Assembly: GCF_009914755.1 (NCBI RefSeq)
Contig: NC_060937.1
From: the human T2T-CHM13v2.0 reference genome, Homo sapiens
Length of the DNA: 64,000 nucleotides
Reading direction: 5' to 3' (one strand)
Of the stretch, positions 1-14,473 are shown in pieces. The notes beneath the pieces are model-generated. The model was not told where the DNA came from and searched no databases. It was given only the letters and a program-made list of their open reading frames with translations. Both the position numbers and the translations under genes were made by a program. How positions within the stretch are numbered: position 1 is the first letter of the stretch; each line of letters begins with the position of its first letter.

Positions 1-274
1 TTCAAAATAGATACTTAAGTACCCCTTAAGTATCTTAATGTGTTTAGACTGTATTTCTTAACTATTTTTGAACAAAGATTTGATGAACTTCCCTACATAT
101 GTCAATACCCAATTCACAGCAAAGGCATTTTAGAATTCTCTATCCTCCTATTTCCTTTTGCTCTAATCTTTAAGCCACAGCAGGTGTCATACCAAATATA
201 TATTATTACTTGCAGATTCTCTGACTCCTCTCCAGATTGTCATATCTGGATGTCCATACTTTTGTGTATGTTCC

Positions 275-638
275 TGTATTAGTCTGTTCTCACTCTGCTA
301 ATAAAGACATACCCAAGGCTGGGTAATTTATAAAGGAAAGAGGTTTAATTGACTCACAGTTCAGCATGGCTGGGGAGGCCTCAGGAAACTTACAGTCATG
401 GAGGAAGGGTATGCAAACACATCCTTCTTCACATGATGGCAGGAATGAAAAGTGGCAAGCAAAAGGGGAAAAGCCGCTTATAAAACCATCAGATCTCATG
501 AGAACTCACTTACTATCATGAGAACAGCATGGAGGTAACCGCCCCCGTGATTCATTCACAGGTCTCTCCCATGACACGTGGGGATTATGGCAACTACAAT
601 TCAAGATGAGATTTGGGTGGGGACACAGCCAAATATCA
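275..638 (-). mobile_element. THE1C-like MaLR solo LTR
   Basis: Starts TGTATTAGTCTGTTCTCAC and ends GGGGACACAGCCAAATATCA, the reverse complement of the THE1 LTR termini. About 364 bp. Confidence 0.92.
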
Positions 639-1444
639 GTCAGTCCCCTAATGCCTTTCAGTGGACACATGAATAAACAAATTAATACCTTCATTAATAT
701 AGGGGCCCCATTATATAAGGGCCTAGAATTGAATCATTTAAAAATCACATGAATAGCAATCATTTTAAAATCACATGAATTTTAAATCATTTGATTTTAA
801 ATTGAATCATTTTAAAATCACATGAATAGCAAAACAAATATAAAATTTTTGTAACATCTACTAAAATTTAGTGACTATTAAATAGAGATATGCATTTTCA
901 TAGACAAAAGCTTCCTTGCTGCTTACAACCCTTTCAAAAAGCCAAAAAAAGAAAGCAAAATAATAACAGAAATTTTATGGGGTCATCAGATTGATTGATT
1001 TGGCTTAAAATGTAAAAAACACACACACGCAACAAAACTAGCCAGAACAAGAAAAATACTTTTGTCCTAACAATTTCAAATGCTTGATATCATTCACGTT
1101 CTGAGATGCACATCTTTGGTGATGGCTTGTTTTTTTTGTTTTTTTTTCGGTAGAGAAAATGTGTTGCTGTAACAAAACCGTAAAAAGCTGTGTGAGATGG
1201 AATCTGGAGTATCTAAAGGTATTTAAAATAAATATCTCTGCCCTTATTTCTACCCCTGAGTTTAGGAATTTTGAAAACAGATGTCTTCTATCAAAGAGAG
1301 TAGCAGATTTTTTTTCTTCTTTAACTTGGCAGGGACATTTGCATTTTCTATACTCTCAATTCCCTAATAGGGAAGGAGTTTGTTTTTGTTTTTTTCTCTT
1401 GCATTTTTCCTGATTTAGAGCTGTACCCTGAGGGATAGAGATAG

Positions 1445-1901
1445 TATGGTGCACTGGTTAAGTTTGGTCATGGGTTTTATTGTCCGACAGTTCTAAGTTC
1501 AAATCCCAGATCACATAATAATAAAAGCTAATTTCTGTGGAGAGCTTATGAGGTGTCCACCTTTGGTATAATGTTTTTTGCATGAATTATTTCAATATCA
1601 TTTGATTTTTCACAACTTAATCGATATCATTATGCATATTTTTAGACAAGAAAACTGATATTTAAGGTATTAAGAAAATTTATCGAAGACATTCAGCTAG
1701 TAAGTGGAAAGATGAGATTTGAATGCAGGTCTGTTTAATTCCAGAACCATGTTTTACCCACTAAACTCTAACCACCTACTAATTGTGACCTTAGACATGC
1801 TCCTGCACGTCTCTGCATCTTGTTATATTATTGTAGGGATGAATTAATATTTGTAAAACATTTAGGACACAGTGCCTGATATAAAGTAAGCTTCAATAAA
1901 T
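1445..1901. mobile_element. Nested MIRs: + strand MIR (1445-1514 and 1771-1901) split by a - strand MIR (1515-1770)
   Basis: AGTTCAAATCCCAGATCAC...CCTACTAATTGTGACCTTAG core on +. GAAAACTGA...CAGCTAGTAAGTGG...ATTTGAATGCAGGTCTG on -. Confidence 0.7.
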
Positions 1902-2333
1902 CATAACCTCAAAATGGTTGTGTTTGCCTTGTCTGTTAGACAATCAGAAAAAATTGTATTTTATATGTATCCACATATTTATATTTCATATATCCTTCAT
2001 TCCATCCTGTAATTCTAAATTTCCATCTAGTATTATTTCTCTTTAGCCTGAAATGCTCATTCCTTTACCCTTTCTTATAGGATGGATTTGCTCACAACAG
2101 ATTATGTCCAATTTTGCTTATCTGAGATTTTCTTTATTTTCTCTTCACTTTTGAAGGTTATCTTTACTGAATATAGAATCTAAGTTCACAGGTTTCTTTT
2201 TTTTTTAATTTTAGCAGTTTGGCGATGCCATTCCATTACTTTCCATCCTCCTTTTTTCTGATAACAGGTCAAATGTATTATTGTTCCTCTACATGTAATG
2301 TTGTCTCTGGCTGTTTTTAAAACTACATTATTT

Positions 2334-2645
<312 letters not shown>

Positions 2646-3251
2646 TCAGTAAATGTGTCTAGTTGTGTAATTTATCCTATTTAGGATTTGCTATGCTTTT
2701 TGGATCTATGTGTTGATATTATTCATCAAATTTGGCAAAATTTTGTCCAATATTCCCTCATATTTTTTTCTCTTATCTCTCTTTTCTCTCCTGAGACTTT
2801 AAGTATATGTGTGTTTGACCACTTGATACTTTTGCTTAATTTATTAAAGTTCTGTTCAATTTTTCTCAATCATTTTGCTTTCCGTGCTTCAGTTTTAATA
2901 ATTCCTACTGACCTGTCTTCACCTTTACTGATCCTCTACTTTGCACTGTCCAACCTGCTACTGATCTTAACAATGCTTTTGAAACTTCAAATACTGTATT
3001 TTTAAATTCTAGGTTTATCATCTGTTTCTCTTTTGGAGTTTCCATCTGTCTCCTGAAATTGCCTGTCTCGTCATTCATTTTTCCTGAAGATCCTTTAATG
3101 TATTTATTACAGTCATTTTAAAGCCCGTGGCTACCAATTTCACCTGAGAGATCTGTATGTCTGTTTCTATGGTTGACCTTTTTCTTGGCTATAGGTCACA
3201 TTTTTATATTTTGTTTTGTTTTGTTTTGGGGGGTTTTTGCATGTTTAATGA

Positions 3252-3555
<304 letters not shown>

Positions 3556-5067
3556 CATGTTTAATGATTTTTTTTAAAGAAATTTACACTGGGCATTGTG
3601 CATGATGATAAATTACAGGGATTCTGTGTTCTGCAGTTTCCTCAGAAGAGTAAGGAGGCTTTATTTTTAGCAGGCAGTTAAATCACTAGTGGATTACCTT
3701 GATCCTTTCACTGTTTGGTTTTAGTTTGGGGCTTTGTTCAAGTGAGTCTATTTCAGTTTCGATCTTTGTTTTGGGATGCGATTCTTATTCCTAAGGTGTT
3801 GCCATTCTGAGTTTTAATGGAAAGTCCAAGATGTTCACCAAGCCCTGTTAACTTAGTAAGACTTCAATGCCAAATTCTGTTAACCCAGACTAGGCAGATG
3901 TTGAAAGCTCTGCCCAGCTCCTTCAGCCTTTGAGCATTTGATTCCTACTTAAGACATTCTTTTCAATGGTGCATTTCAGAATATAGCTAAAAATATGAAG
4001 GGTCATTTTGTGCAGATTTGAGGATCTGCTCCCTTTGGTGACTGCTTCATTTATAGAATTTCTTCCCTCAATTTTCAGGTACTCTGGCAGCCATGAACTC
4101 TGACTTCTGAGCTCCTCAGCGCAGAAGGATTTCTATTCTCTGACAGAGCTCTAGACCCCATATGCTGCGTGGACTGGAGATTCCCCTAAAAAGAAATGCC
4201 AGAACAAATATATATGTATTACTCACCTTGATTCGGTTATTTCAAGGATCATATCACCTTCATTTTCTGCCTGCTTGTGGTTGCTCTTTGGTAACTCAAG
4301 CAGTTGCGTTTTATATTTTGTACAGAGTTGACCATTGTTAATGGCAGGAAATTATTCTAGTATATGCTATTTGCTATAACCCAAAGCCAGGAACATGAGT
4401 TTTTAATAAGTTATGTTATAAATGTTAATTATCTTTTTATCAATGAGACACTATGAATGTTAAATTTTTGGCATAGGACCACATCTGGCATAGAAAGTGC
4501 TTTCAAATTATAAGCCCATCATGATTAGAGGAATGAGTTAGAGTTTATCAGAAGGACAACTAAAGAAGAGACAACCACAGAAGAGAACATTGCAGTCCAC
4601 ACAAAGCCCTACAGCAGCCTGAACTCATGATAACCTGCTGTCACTTGCACAGCATCCACGGCAGCTATCTGTGAAGTCCTTATAGCCAGCTGTTGCCTCT
4701 GAAAAAGTCATTGTAAAGTTCATGAACTCAGAGCAAAGACTTCTAGTCTCTATTTGAGGTAGCTAACAGACTAAGGCTTAGCCAGATACAGAAATCAAAG
4801 AAATAGATAATGTTAGATAGATAATGTGAGTCTCGACCTGCTGTGGCTAACAGACTAATACCTCAGCAGATAGAGAAATCAAAGAAAAATATGAGACTTA
4901 TGACATTTCAAAATGATTTTCTACATTGGAATAAACAAGTCTCATTGGCTACAGATCATGTTCATAAGCTTCTACTTCAGAAGTACGTAGAAAACTGTGT
5001 TGCATAATGTGCCCATGTAAAATGTGTGGTACAGCACCTACTCATGGCATCCTGTCTAGTGTTTTAG

Positions 5068-5762
<695 letters not shown>

Positions 5763-6642
5763 CTATGAAAATACATACAAAAGCACAGCTGGAAAAAAGT
5801 CAACAAATATTTACTGTTTAAATATTCGAAAGAAATATGAAATATTCAAGAAATATTTGAAATATCATGAAAGAACCTCTGTAGAGTACCTAAATATTGG
5901 CTTTGTTCCAAAAATGATAAATGCAATAGAAACTCTGTGAAGAATCCTGGACAGATAAACATTCTAAACATTCACAGCAAATTAAACTAGAACTTGAAAA
6001 GTGAAAGTAGAAACTATAGAAAAGGTGGATGGCATCCAAATACGGGACAAACATAACCAAAAAAATCTAGGAAATAAAACATATGATGGAGATGAGAGCA
6101 GGTCAGTTTAATTATGGTGGTGAATACATGGTAGAATATGAGATTGAGTTAATAGGATTGGGTAAGGTAAGCATAGAGCAAGTCAAATGCTATGGGGGAG
6201 GAGTTTGATGCTGCCAACATGACATTTTCCAAGTCTAGAAAATAGTAAATGGAAAATGGTATGCTTTAAGAAATATCTTTAATGGGAAGGCATATTTGCT
6301 ATTATGATATCACACATTGAATTTTACTTGGTATTGCTTCTGAAATTTTTTTAATAAAAAAGAGAAAACACAAGACACACTCAAGCAGCAGAGGAAAATG
6401 TCCGAGACAGATTTTGCACTCAATGGAAGTTCAGTTACTGTGATAATTATGAAGATAATTATTATAATGAAATATGAAGGGAAAGCCCTTTTGCACAGCC
6501 CGGCTTCATGCATTCACCCCTTTAGAAGCATATTTCTACTCTAGTATAGTCAGATAGTTTTAAAAGCAATTTTATGCCATACATGCTGAAGTTGACATAA
6601 AAGAGACATTTATTTTGTGCTCTGAATCATACAAATCCTCCT

Positions 6643-6780
6643 TTCATTCATTCAGGTATTCAGTCAACCATTTATTATTAATTGACCATCTACAATGCGC
6701 CAGACATCATTTTAGACACTGGGGCTACCATGGCAAACAATTTGATGATTTTCTTCCTCCACGGAGCCTACTTTTTGGGC
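6643..6780 (-). mobile_element. L2 3' end fragment
   Basis: TTCATTCATTCA...CATTTATT...GACCATCTACAATGCGCCAGACATCATTTTAGACACTGGGG. Confidence 0.65.
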
Positions 6781-7990
6781 TTGATCCTCACCTACTCTCT
6801 CTGCTTCTTTGGGGTCACAGCCTTCCTGCCTGCTCTCCTTCCTTCAGATTGATGTACAGTCTACCCTATTTTAGTTTGAAACCTCAGTTTCCCTGTCTTC
6901 TCTCTCCTTTCCTTCTTAGTTTCATGTGATCTTGGAGAACTTCTAGTGTAAAATCTAGCTCTGAGAATTGCTTCTTTCATATCCTAGCCTGCATACAGAA
7001 CAATCCCAAGTCAGCCTCAGCCTCCTAAATGGGACCCAAGCCCAAGACCTTGGTAGGTGTTTGGGAGCATAGCTGGAAATTAACCTATTTCACTTTGAAC
7101 AAACTAGTGAAGATGTTGCTGAATAGACTCAGTTTCAAGATGTAATAAGGGTTTTTTATTGGCATGCATGATATAAAGCTTCACATACTTTTCCTCAGTC
7201 TATTAATCAAGTGTCTCCTCTTTTGTGTTCTTTCTTTTGTTGAAATAAAGCAACAACCATAGCTCCATCATGTAATTTTTTTATTTTGTTACCCTTTCAC
7301 AGGAGGACACATAATGTTAAATCCTAATGTTCTCTGTCACAAGAAGAATTAAATTATATCTTGAGGCTGAGTTATTTTTTATGTGGTATGAATGACACTA
7401 ACTCAATATAGATCCCAAAGCAGTAGAATCCGTCATCAGTGCTTTGGTCTCCTAGTATTGGGGTACATCAGTGACCTATATGCATGGAGTGGAGAGAAGC
7501 TATGAGTCAGTTGAGGCCAGTGCTGAAAGCAAAGCCAGTGACCCAGAGCTTATAAACCCTGTGCATTGATATTAATAGCTTGATTTCTAGAAATCAGTTT
7601 TATCTGAGGCTGGCTGTACTAATAGCCATAGCTCTAAACATCTTAGTACTTGTCCTATGGCCTTCCAGGCATATTTATAAAATGAATTCATGTGGTGTTC
7701 ATTGACAGGTATTTAGCCTATTTAGCAGATTTTATATTACTAGTAGCAAAGAAGTTCTCATGCCAAAAAGACACCTGCATATAACTATGCCAATTTGGTC
7801 CAGAAAATCTTAATAAGGTCTATAAAAATATTCTCAGTAATAGTGGACATGCCAACAAAAAGATTTATGAGAATGAGCAATTACACTTTACTTTCATTCT
7901 CTCTTTTTTTTTTTTTCCAAAAAACGGATGGCTTCTACTATAAATCAAGAAGAAATTCCAGAATAAAATGTCTATGAGTGGAACAATTAA

Positions 7991-8590
<600 letters not shown>

Positions 8591-8959
8591 ATTTAAGTCC
8601 AATTGGTGAAGTGGTAAATTTATTATTCAGAAAAGACAGTAGAAGATGACTGAAGAGCCCCCACTATGAAAAGTTACCAGAACTTTCAACCCCTTATTTT
8701 CCAGTTGCAGAGCCCAAGCTACCTCAACTGTGCCTTACTGCCATGACTGAGGCCACAAGACGTGGCATCCTCAAACTGGGGACTATATTTCCAGGCTTCC
8801 GAAGAACTCACTAGAACAACCTAATTCATAAAATATTCCATAGCTGTGATAAGTGTGAATCCGGTGGAATTACAATGAGAATTTAGATATATAAGTATAG
8901 TAGACATACTGGGTTATCTGAGGTGTCCTTCATTGGGATTCCCTTATCCCCACCACTAG

Positions 8960-9460
8960 TCACAGAAGCAGGTTCCTAACAGTCATCTTTAGACATTGTG
9001 ACAATGCCCAATAGGCTCCAGTCTTATCTGTCCAGGGTTAATCAGCTAAGCTGAGCAGCATCCCTTTCTTGGCAATTTTGAGGGTGGCCCAAGAAAGTTC
9101 AACTTCGGTCTGTGCTGGTGAAAGAAAATATAAACACTGAGGCCATATTTTCTGCCACATAGATCAGGGGGCTGAGGAAATAGCCTGGAAAGATGGAGAG
9201 GAGAAAGAAAGAGAAATACATGGAAAAGGAGAAGCAGAGGAATGGTAGAGAGTAGGGGGGTTGGAGGAGGTTTCCCGTGATGCCTGTTTCTGGTGAATGA
9301 CTACTCTGTTAGACTGATGCTCGTATGTGTTTTTCTAATTCCCTCAGACCCCTTAGGGTGTCATGGGTTTCCTAGTATCCATATAATAAATCCTCTTTTT
9401 TAAACTTCAACTCTCTCAAGTTGACTTACATTGTTTGAGCCCCAAATTCTACCTAATCCA
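8960..9460 (+). mobile_element. Probable degraded old MaLR LTR (MLT1J/K/L-like)
   Basis: 3' end AATAAATCCTCTTTTTTAAACTTCAACT...AAGTTGACTTACATTGTTTG resembles old MLT1 U5. Purine-rich middle. Confidence 0.4.
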
Positions 9461-10949
9461 AAAATTAATCCTAAAACATAATTTCTAAGACATTTAAAGC
9501 AGACGTTCATTAGCTGTGTCCATTTTTCCTATTCATATCCTGCCCATGCATGGGGATTTCATGTCCTGGACTTGTTAATGCAAGGATTTCATGTCCTGGA
9601 CTTGCATTAACAAGTTCCTGGCTTCTGCCCTTTGTGTCTAACCATCAAAATCCAGGTCAAAACGCAGGTATTCCAGGAAACCATCACATCTTCACCCAGC
9701 CCATTATGGTTTCTTTTTAATTCTCTTCCTAGCATCTCTCCACAGCCCTGAGAACACACTACATTATTCTTCACGTGTTTAAACATTGCCTTGCAATCAT
9801 TCTTAAAATGCTTTGTTTGCTTATATTTTTTTCTCCAAAGAGATGATGAATTATTTGACAAAAGGGATAAAATACTTTATTTAAAAAAAGAGTCAGAAAG
9901 GAAATATTTTACTGATTTACTTTAAATAGCCTCTGTACTAAGAATTGCATACCACAGGTGCCCCATAAATATGTTAATGGCCTCTAGCACATTGTGAATT
10001 TGTCATCAAAATCCCAATTTTCTGATACTCGAAGTGAACATTTGAAAACTGCTGACTTAAAGAAAATAAGATAGTGATGACATCTGGAAAGGGCAAAATG
10101 TTTACCATCCAAAGTTTACCTGTGATGCATTACTTCGCTCATAGTTTTCCATTTTTCAAAGAGAAGCAGTGTCAGAGTTCTAATGCAAATTCTTTTATGT
10201 ATAATGTATCTGGGTGACTAACCCCAGAGGTCCTTCCTTCTAAATGAGGCCAAGCAAAGGGCAGTTCTCCTGTAAGTCCAATGCCTTGGGTTAGATTTCC
10301 CAGGTCTAACTCATCAATAGATGCAGGAGATGATACACATTTTAGAAAGAGCACATGCTTGCAGGGAAAACACCAAACTATCAAGAAAATGACACATTAA
10401 AACCTTTGAAAAAGTGTTTGTAGAAAGCGCAGGGGGAAAATTTTTAGATTCTAATTTAAAATCTATAATGTGTCATTTAAAAAAATTCATCCTCTTCTAA
10501 TGAGACTATTTTTTAATGGTAGAGGTACCCCAAAACATTTTTAAATTCATTGGCAATTGGAGAATAATGCAAACTATATGTACAAGAAATTTTAACATTT
10601 TCAGAGGGCCAGGAGGAAGCTATTGTACAAAGCTGAAATACATAGAAATTTTCTTTAATGAGTCTCAAATTTTATACTGTCACATGCCCTGAAGCTGCTG
10701 GGATGGGAACATTTTTGTAAATCTAAAATAAATAACCGGAGTAGGTTTGTTACTTACAGAAAAACACAGCATGTTTACATGAATACCTCTTCTACTTGAT
10801 TCCTTTGACCTGAGAACTTGAGTAAAACTCTGAAAAAGCTGCCAAGTTCCAAAACTGGGAACAGGCCCAGCCAGACATGATTTTTATTCTCTTCCTCTAG
10901 CTGGACACAGTATCTCAAGTAGACAGGGTTAAAAAATACACAATTCAAT

Positions 10950-11209
10950 CTGTTTATTATTTTACTTTAAGTTCTGGGATACATGTGCAGAACGTGGAGG
11001 TTCATTACATAGGTATACATGTGCCATGGTGGTTTGCTGCACTTACCAACCTATCATCCAGGTTTGAAGCCCCGCTTGCCTTAGGTATTTGTCCTAATGC
11101 TCTCTCTCCCCTTGCCTCCCACCCCCCAACAGGCCCCGGTGTGTGATGTACCCCTCCCTGTGTCCATGTGTTCTCATGTTCAACTCCCACTTATGAGTGA
11201 GAACATGTG
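10950..11209 (-). mobile_element. L1PA7/8-type 3' end, about 260 bp, 5'-truncated
   Basis: TTTAAGTTCTGGGATACATGTGCAG...CCCACTTATGAGTGAGAACATG. 13-bp TSD TACACAATTCAAT (10937-10949, 11210-11222). Confidence 0.93.
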
Positions 11210-11333
11210 TACACAATTCAATTTTTACCAATCAATGTTTGTGCTACTTTTGAGACTGCATATATACAAAGGATAACAAATAATTTTGTTTTAGTCATTG
11301 GCTAGATGTGAAAAGATTTTCACAACAGTTTTC

Positions 11334-11360
11334 TTGTTTTGTTTTGTTTTGTTTTGTTTT
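11334..11360 (+). repeat. (TTTTG)n microsatellite
   Basis: TTGTTTTGTTTTGTTTTGTTTTGTTTT. Confidence 0.85.
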
Positions 11361-12717
11361 CCTATTTCCCTATCTCTGCCTTCTCAAATCTAGTACTCCT
11401 TGGATTTTTATCCTGTGGTGCTCTTTGCCCCAACGTATTTTGTTCTCAAATCAGCTTCTCCTTAAACCTGCAGACCAGCAGTCTTCCCCCAGCCATGGAC
11501 CTGATAGATGACATCTCTGGTTATCTCCCAGGTCAAAGGACCTTTGGGTGATTTGTCAAGTTGGGAAAAGCCAGTAGGAAGCAGGAAAGAGTATCACCAG
11601 AGAAAGGGCAGAAGGAAAACCAGCAGAGGAGCCATGCTCTTGGGGCGTTTATCTCTCAGGGTAATAGCCATATCTACCCATTTACTGTGGCCGCCGTGAG
11701 ACCCTCCAGGCTTTTCTTCTCTTTTTTGGAGTCTGACCCAAGTACTGGTCATTTTATCCTCTGATGTTTCATTGGCTCCTTCTTCTAGTCTTATCTCAAG
11801 GCATTTGGTTTCAGGACCACAGAAATTAGACATGGTTGCTGTCTGGCTCAGAGGGTATGTGACCATTTTTTAAAAATCTCAATTCATTACTCTTCTCAAA
11901 TTCTAGACATCTTGGCTAACTGGATATTCATCAGAAAGCTTGCTTCGTTCTTGCTAGACTGACCATAAACTGGGATTTCTCCAGTCAGAGTTTCATATAA
12001 GTAGCCATCAAACTTTAGGCAAAACCACTCTACTAGAGTCTACCCACTCTTAGCCAACTTGTGGAAAAATCTCTCAGAGACATTGATGGCCTTTCAAGAA
12101 TAAAGCCCTAAAATAATCATTACTCAACTCTCCTCTCCCTTTCTTTCTGACTTTCCTTATTTTAACCTGTCTTATCAGAAGGTTGTGAGAAATTACACAT
12201 TTCTTGTAACATTCCTTTGGCTTAGGGTCACAGAAAGATACAGCAGTGAGCATATAAACATTAGAACTTAAAATAACCAAAAAAAGCAATTATAATTTTA
12301 GCTAAACATCTATTTTCCTTTTTTATTTCTCCTTAGAGTGACCCACATCACAGCATTATCTTATTCGAAGTATTTTTTTCCTCATTGGTTTTATGGTTTC
12401 TACATTAGGTGAATGACCTGCCATTTTTTTGTGTGTGTTAAAAAATGAAAATTTTATCTAAAAATTTACTCTTTTAATACATTTTTGACCTTATCATGCC
12501 TTTAAGTATTTTTTTCCCACATGGCTCATTATACTTTTTGTAACAGGAAGAAATAACTTTCAGATGTAGGGAGCTCTTGGAATGAAAGTTTGAGTCTCTT
12601 AGAAATTCAAATAATCTTGACTTTTGGATGCAAACAAAACACAGGGACTTGCAAATGTTTGTGACTGCTAATAGAAATGCGCCCTTTCATCTAAAGGGTT
12701 TTACAGTATTTAAAAAA

Positions 12718-14070
12718 AGCTGGTGAGAATGCAAAATGGTACAGCCACTTTGGAAGAAAGTTTGGCAGTTTTTCAGAAAACTAAGCACACTCAAATCATC
12801 TGGCAATTTTGCTTTTTAATATTTACCCAAATGAATTGAAAACTTATGTCCCCACAAAAACCTGCACACAAATATTGATAGCAAGTTTATTCATTATTGC
12901 CAAAATGTGGAAGCAGCTAAGATGTCCTTCAATAGGTGAATGAATAAAAAAATCTGTGGTACCTCCAGGCAATGAAATATTATTCCTGAAACGAGAAATA
13001 AGAATCAAAACAAATGATCTATCAAGCCACAAAAAGACATGGAGGAAAAAAATACATAGTGCTAAGTGAAAGAAGGCCAGTCTAAAAGCCTACATACTAT
13101 GTGATTCCACCTATAGGATATTGTGGAAAAGGCAAAATTATAGAGACATAGATAAGTAGCTGCCAAGAATTCTGGGAGAAGAAAGGCGGGATAAATAGGT
13201 GGAGCACAGGGGAGTTTCAGGGCAGTGAAGCCATTCTGATTGACACTGTAATGGTGGATGTATGTCATATGTTGTTGAAACACATAGAATTTACACTCAA
13301 AAGAGTGAACCTTAATGTAAACTACAGATTTAGTAAGAATGACATATCAACATTGGCTCATCAATGCAACAAATGTACCACACTTATGCGAAAATATTAA
13401 TACTAGTGTTGCAGGGCAGACCACCAAATTGGGGCTCAGCCCAGGAGACCAAGTGCATTTTTGGCTTCATGCAGGAAAAAATTCAAGAGTGAGCAGATGG
13501 AGTGAAGTGAAAGCAAGTTTATTAGGAAAGTAAAGGAATTAAAGGGTGGCTACCCATAGGCAGAGTAGCCCTAAGAGCTGCTGGTTTGGTATTTTTATGG
13601 TTATTCTTTGATCATATGCTAAACAAGGAGTAGATTATTCACAAGTTTTCTGGGAAAGGAGTGGGGTATTTCCATTGCCGAGGATTCCTTTCCTTTTTAG
13701 ACCATAGAGGGTAACTTCTGGGAGTTGCTGTGGCATTTGTAAACTGTCATGGTGCTGGTGGGAGTTTCTTTTAGCATTTTATATATTATAATTAGCATAT
13801 GACAGCAGCAAGGTTAACCAGAGGTTGCTTCTGTCACCATCTTGGTTTTGGCAGGTTTTGTTTGGCTTCTGTGTAGCGTTCTGGTTTATCAGTGAGATCT
13901 TGTGACATGTGTCTTGGGAAACTGGTCTTGCAATCTCCTATCTCATCAGGAGAAACTGTTGGGGGTGACGATGGGTGGAAGGCAGGGGGTATGCGGGATC
14001 TCTTCATACTTTCTGCTCAATTTTTCTGTAAACCCTAAACTGCTCTTTAAAAAAGTCTATTAATTTAAAG
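12718..14070 (+). mobile_element. L1MC-type 3' end, interrupted by a MER41 LTR
   Basis: GCTGGTGAGAATGCAAAATGGTACAGCCACTTTGGAA ... ACAAATGTACCACACTTATGC | GGAGAAACTG ... TTTTCTGTAAACCCTAAACTGCTCT. Confidence 0.85.
13407..13945 (-). mobile_element. MER41-family ERV1 solo LTR (MER41C/D-like)
   Basis: TG..CA termini. Shares GAAAGCAAGTTTATTAGG, ATATGCTAAACAAGG and GGCATTTGTAAACTGTCATGG with the neighbouring MER41A. Keeps a TTCTGGGAA GAS motif. Confidence 0.8.
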
Positions 14071-14184
14071 CAAAAATGAACTTGCTTCTTCTTAATTATT
14101 ACAGAGTAAGGAAGTCTCAAGGGCTTTCAAAGCCACTTTTGGTAACTTCATGGCCCTTTAGTAGGCTGGCGGGCAGAATGAACA

Positions 14185-14365
14185 TGTAGCACTAGGTGCA
14201 TTTCCTGTGCCAGCCTCTATGCCAGGTACTTTCCATGCATGATCTCAGTGGAGCCCTGGAAGGTGGGTATTATACGAAGCATTGAGGCTCAGAAAGATTA
14301 AATCATTTGTCCAAGGCCACAGTGCCTGGAAATGGTGAACCAAGTCTCAAATCAGGTCTTTCTGG
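14185..14365 (-). mobile_element. MIR
   Basis: TGTGCCAG...TGAGGCTCAGAAAGATTAAATCATTTGTCCAAGGCCACAG. Confidence 0.8.
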
Positions 14366-14473
14366 TTGAAGGAAGAAAGGAGGCAGGCCCCCTTTCACTC
14401 TTGAGACTGGGGCAGGGTACAATGAAGTGGTAAAGAGAGGCTTTTCACTACCCTTCAAGGAGCCCACTCTAGT

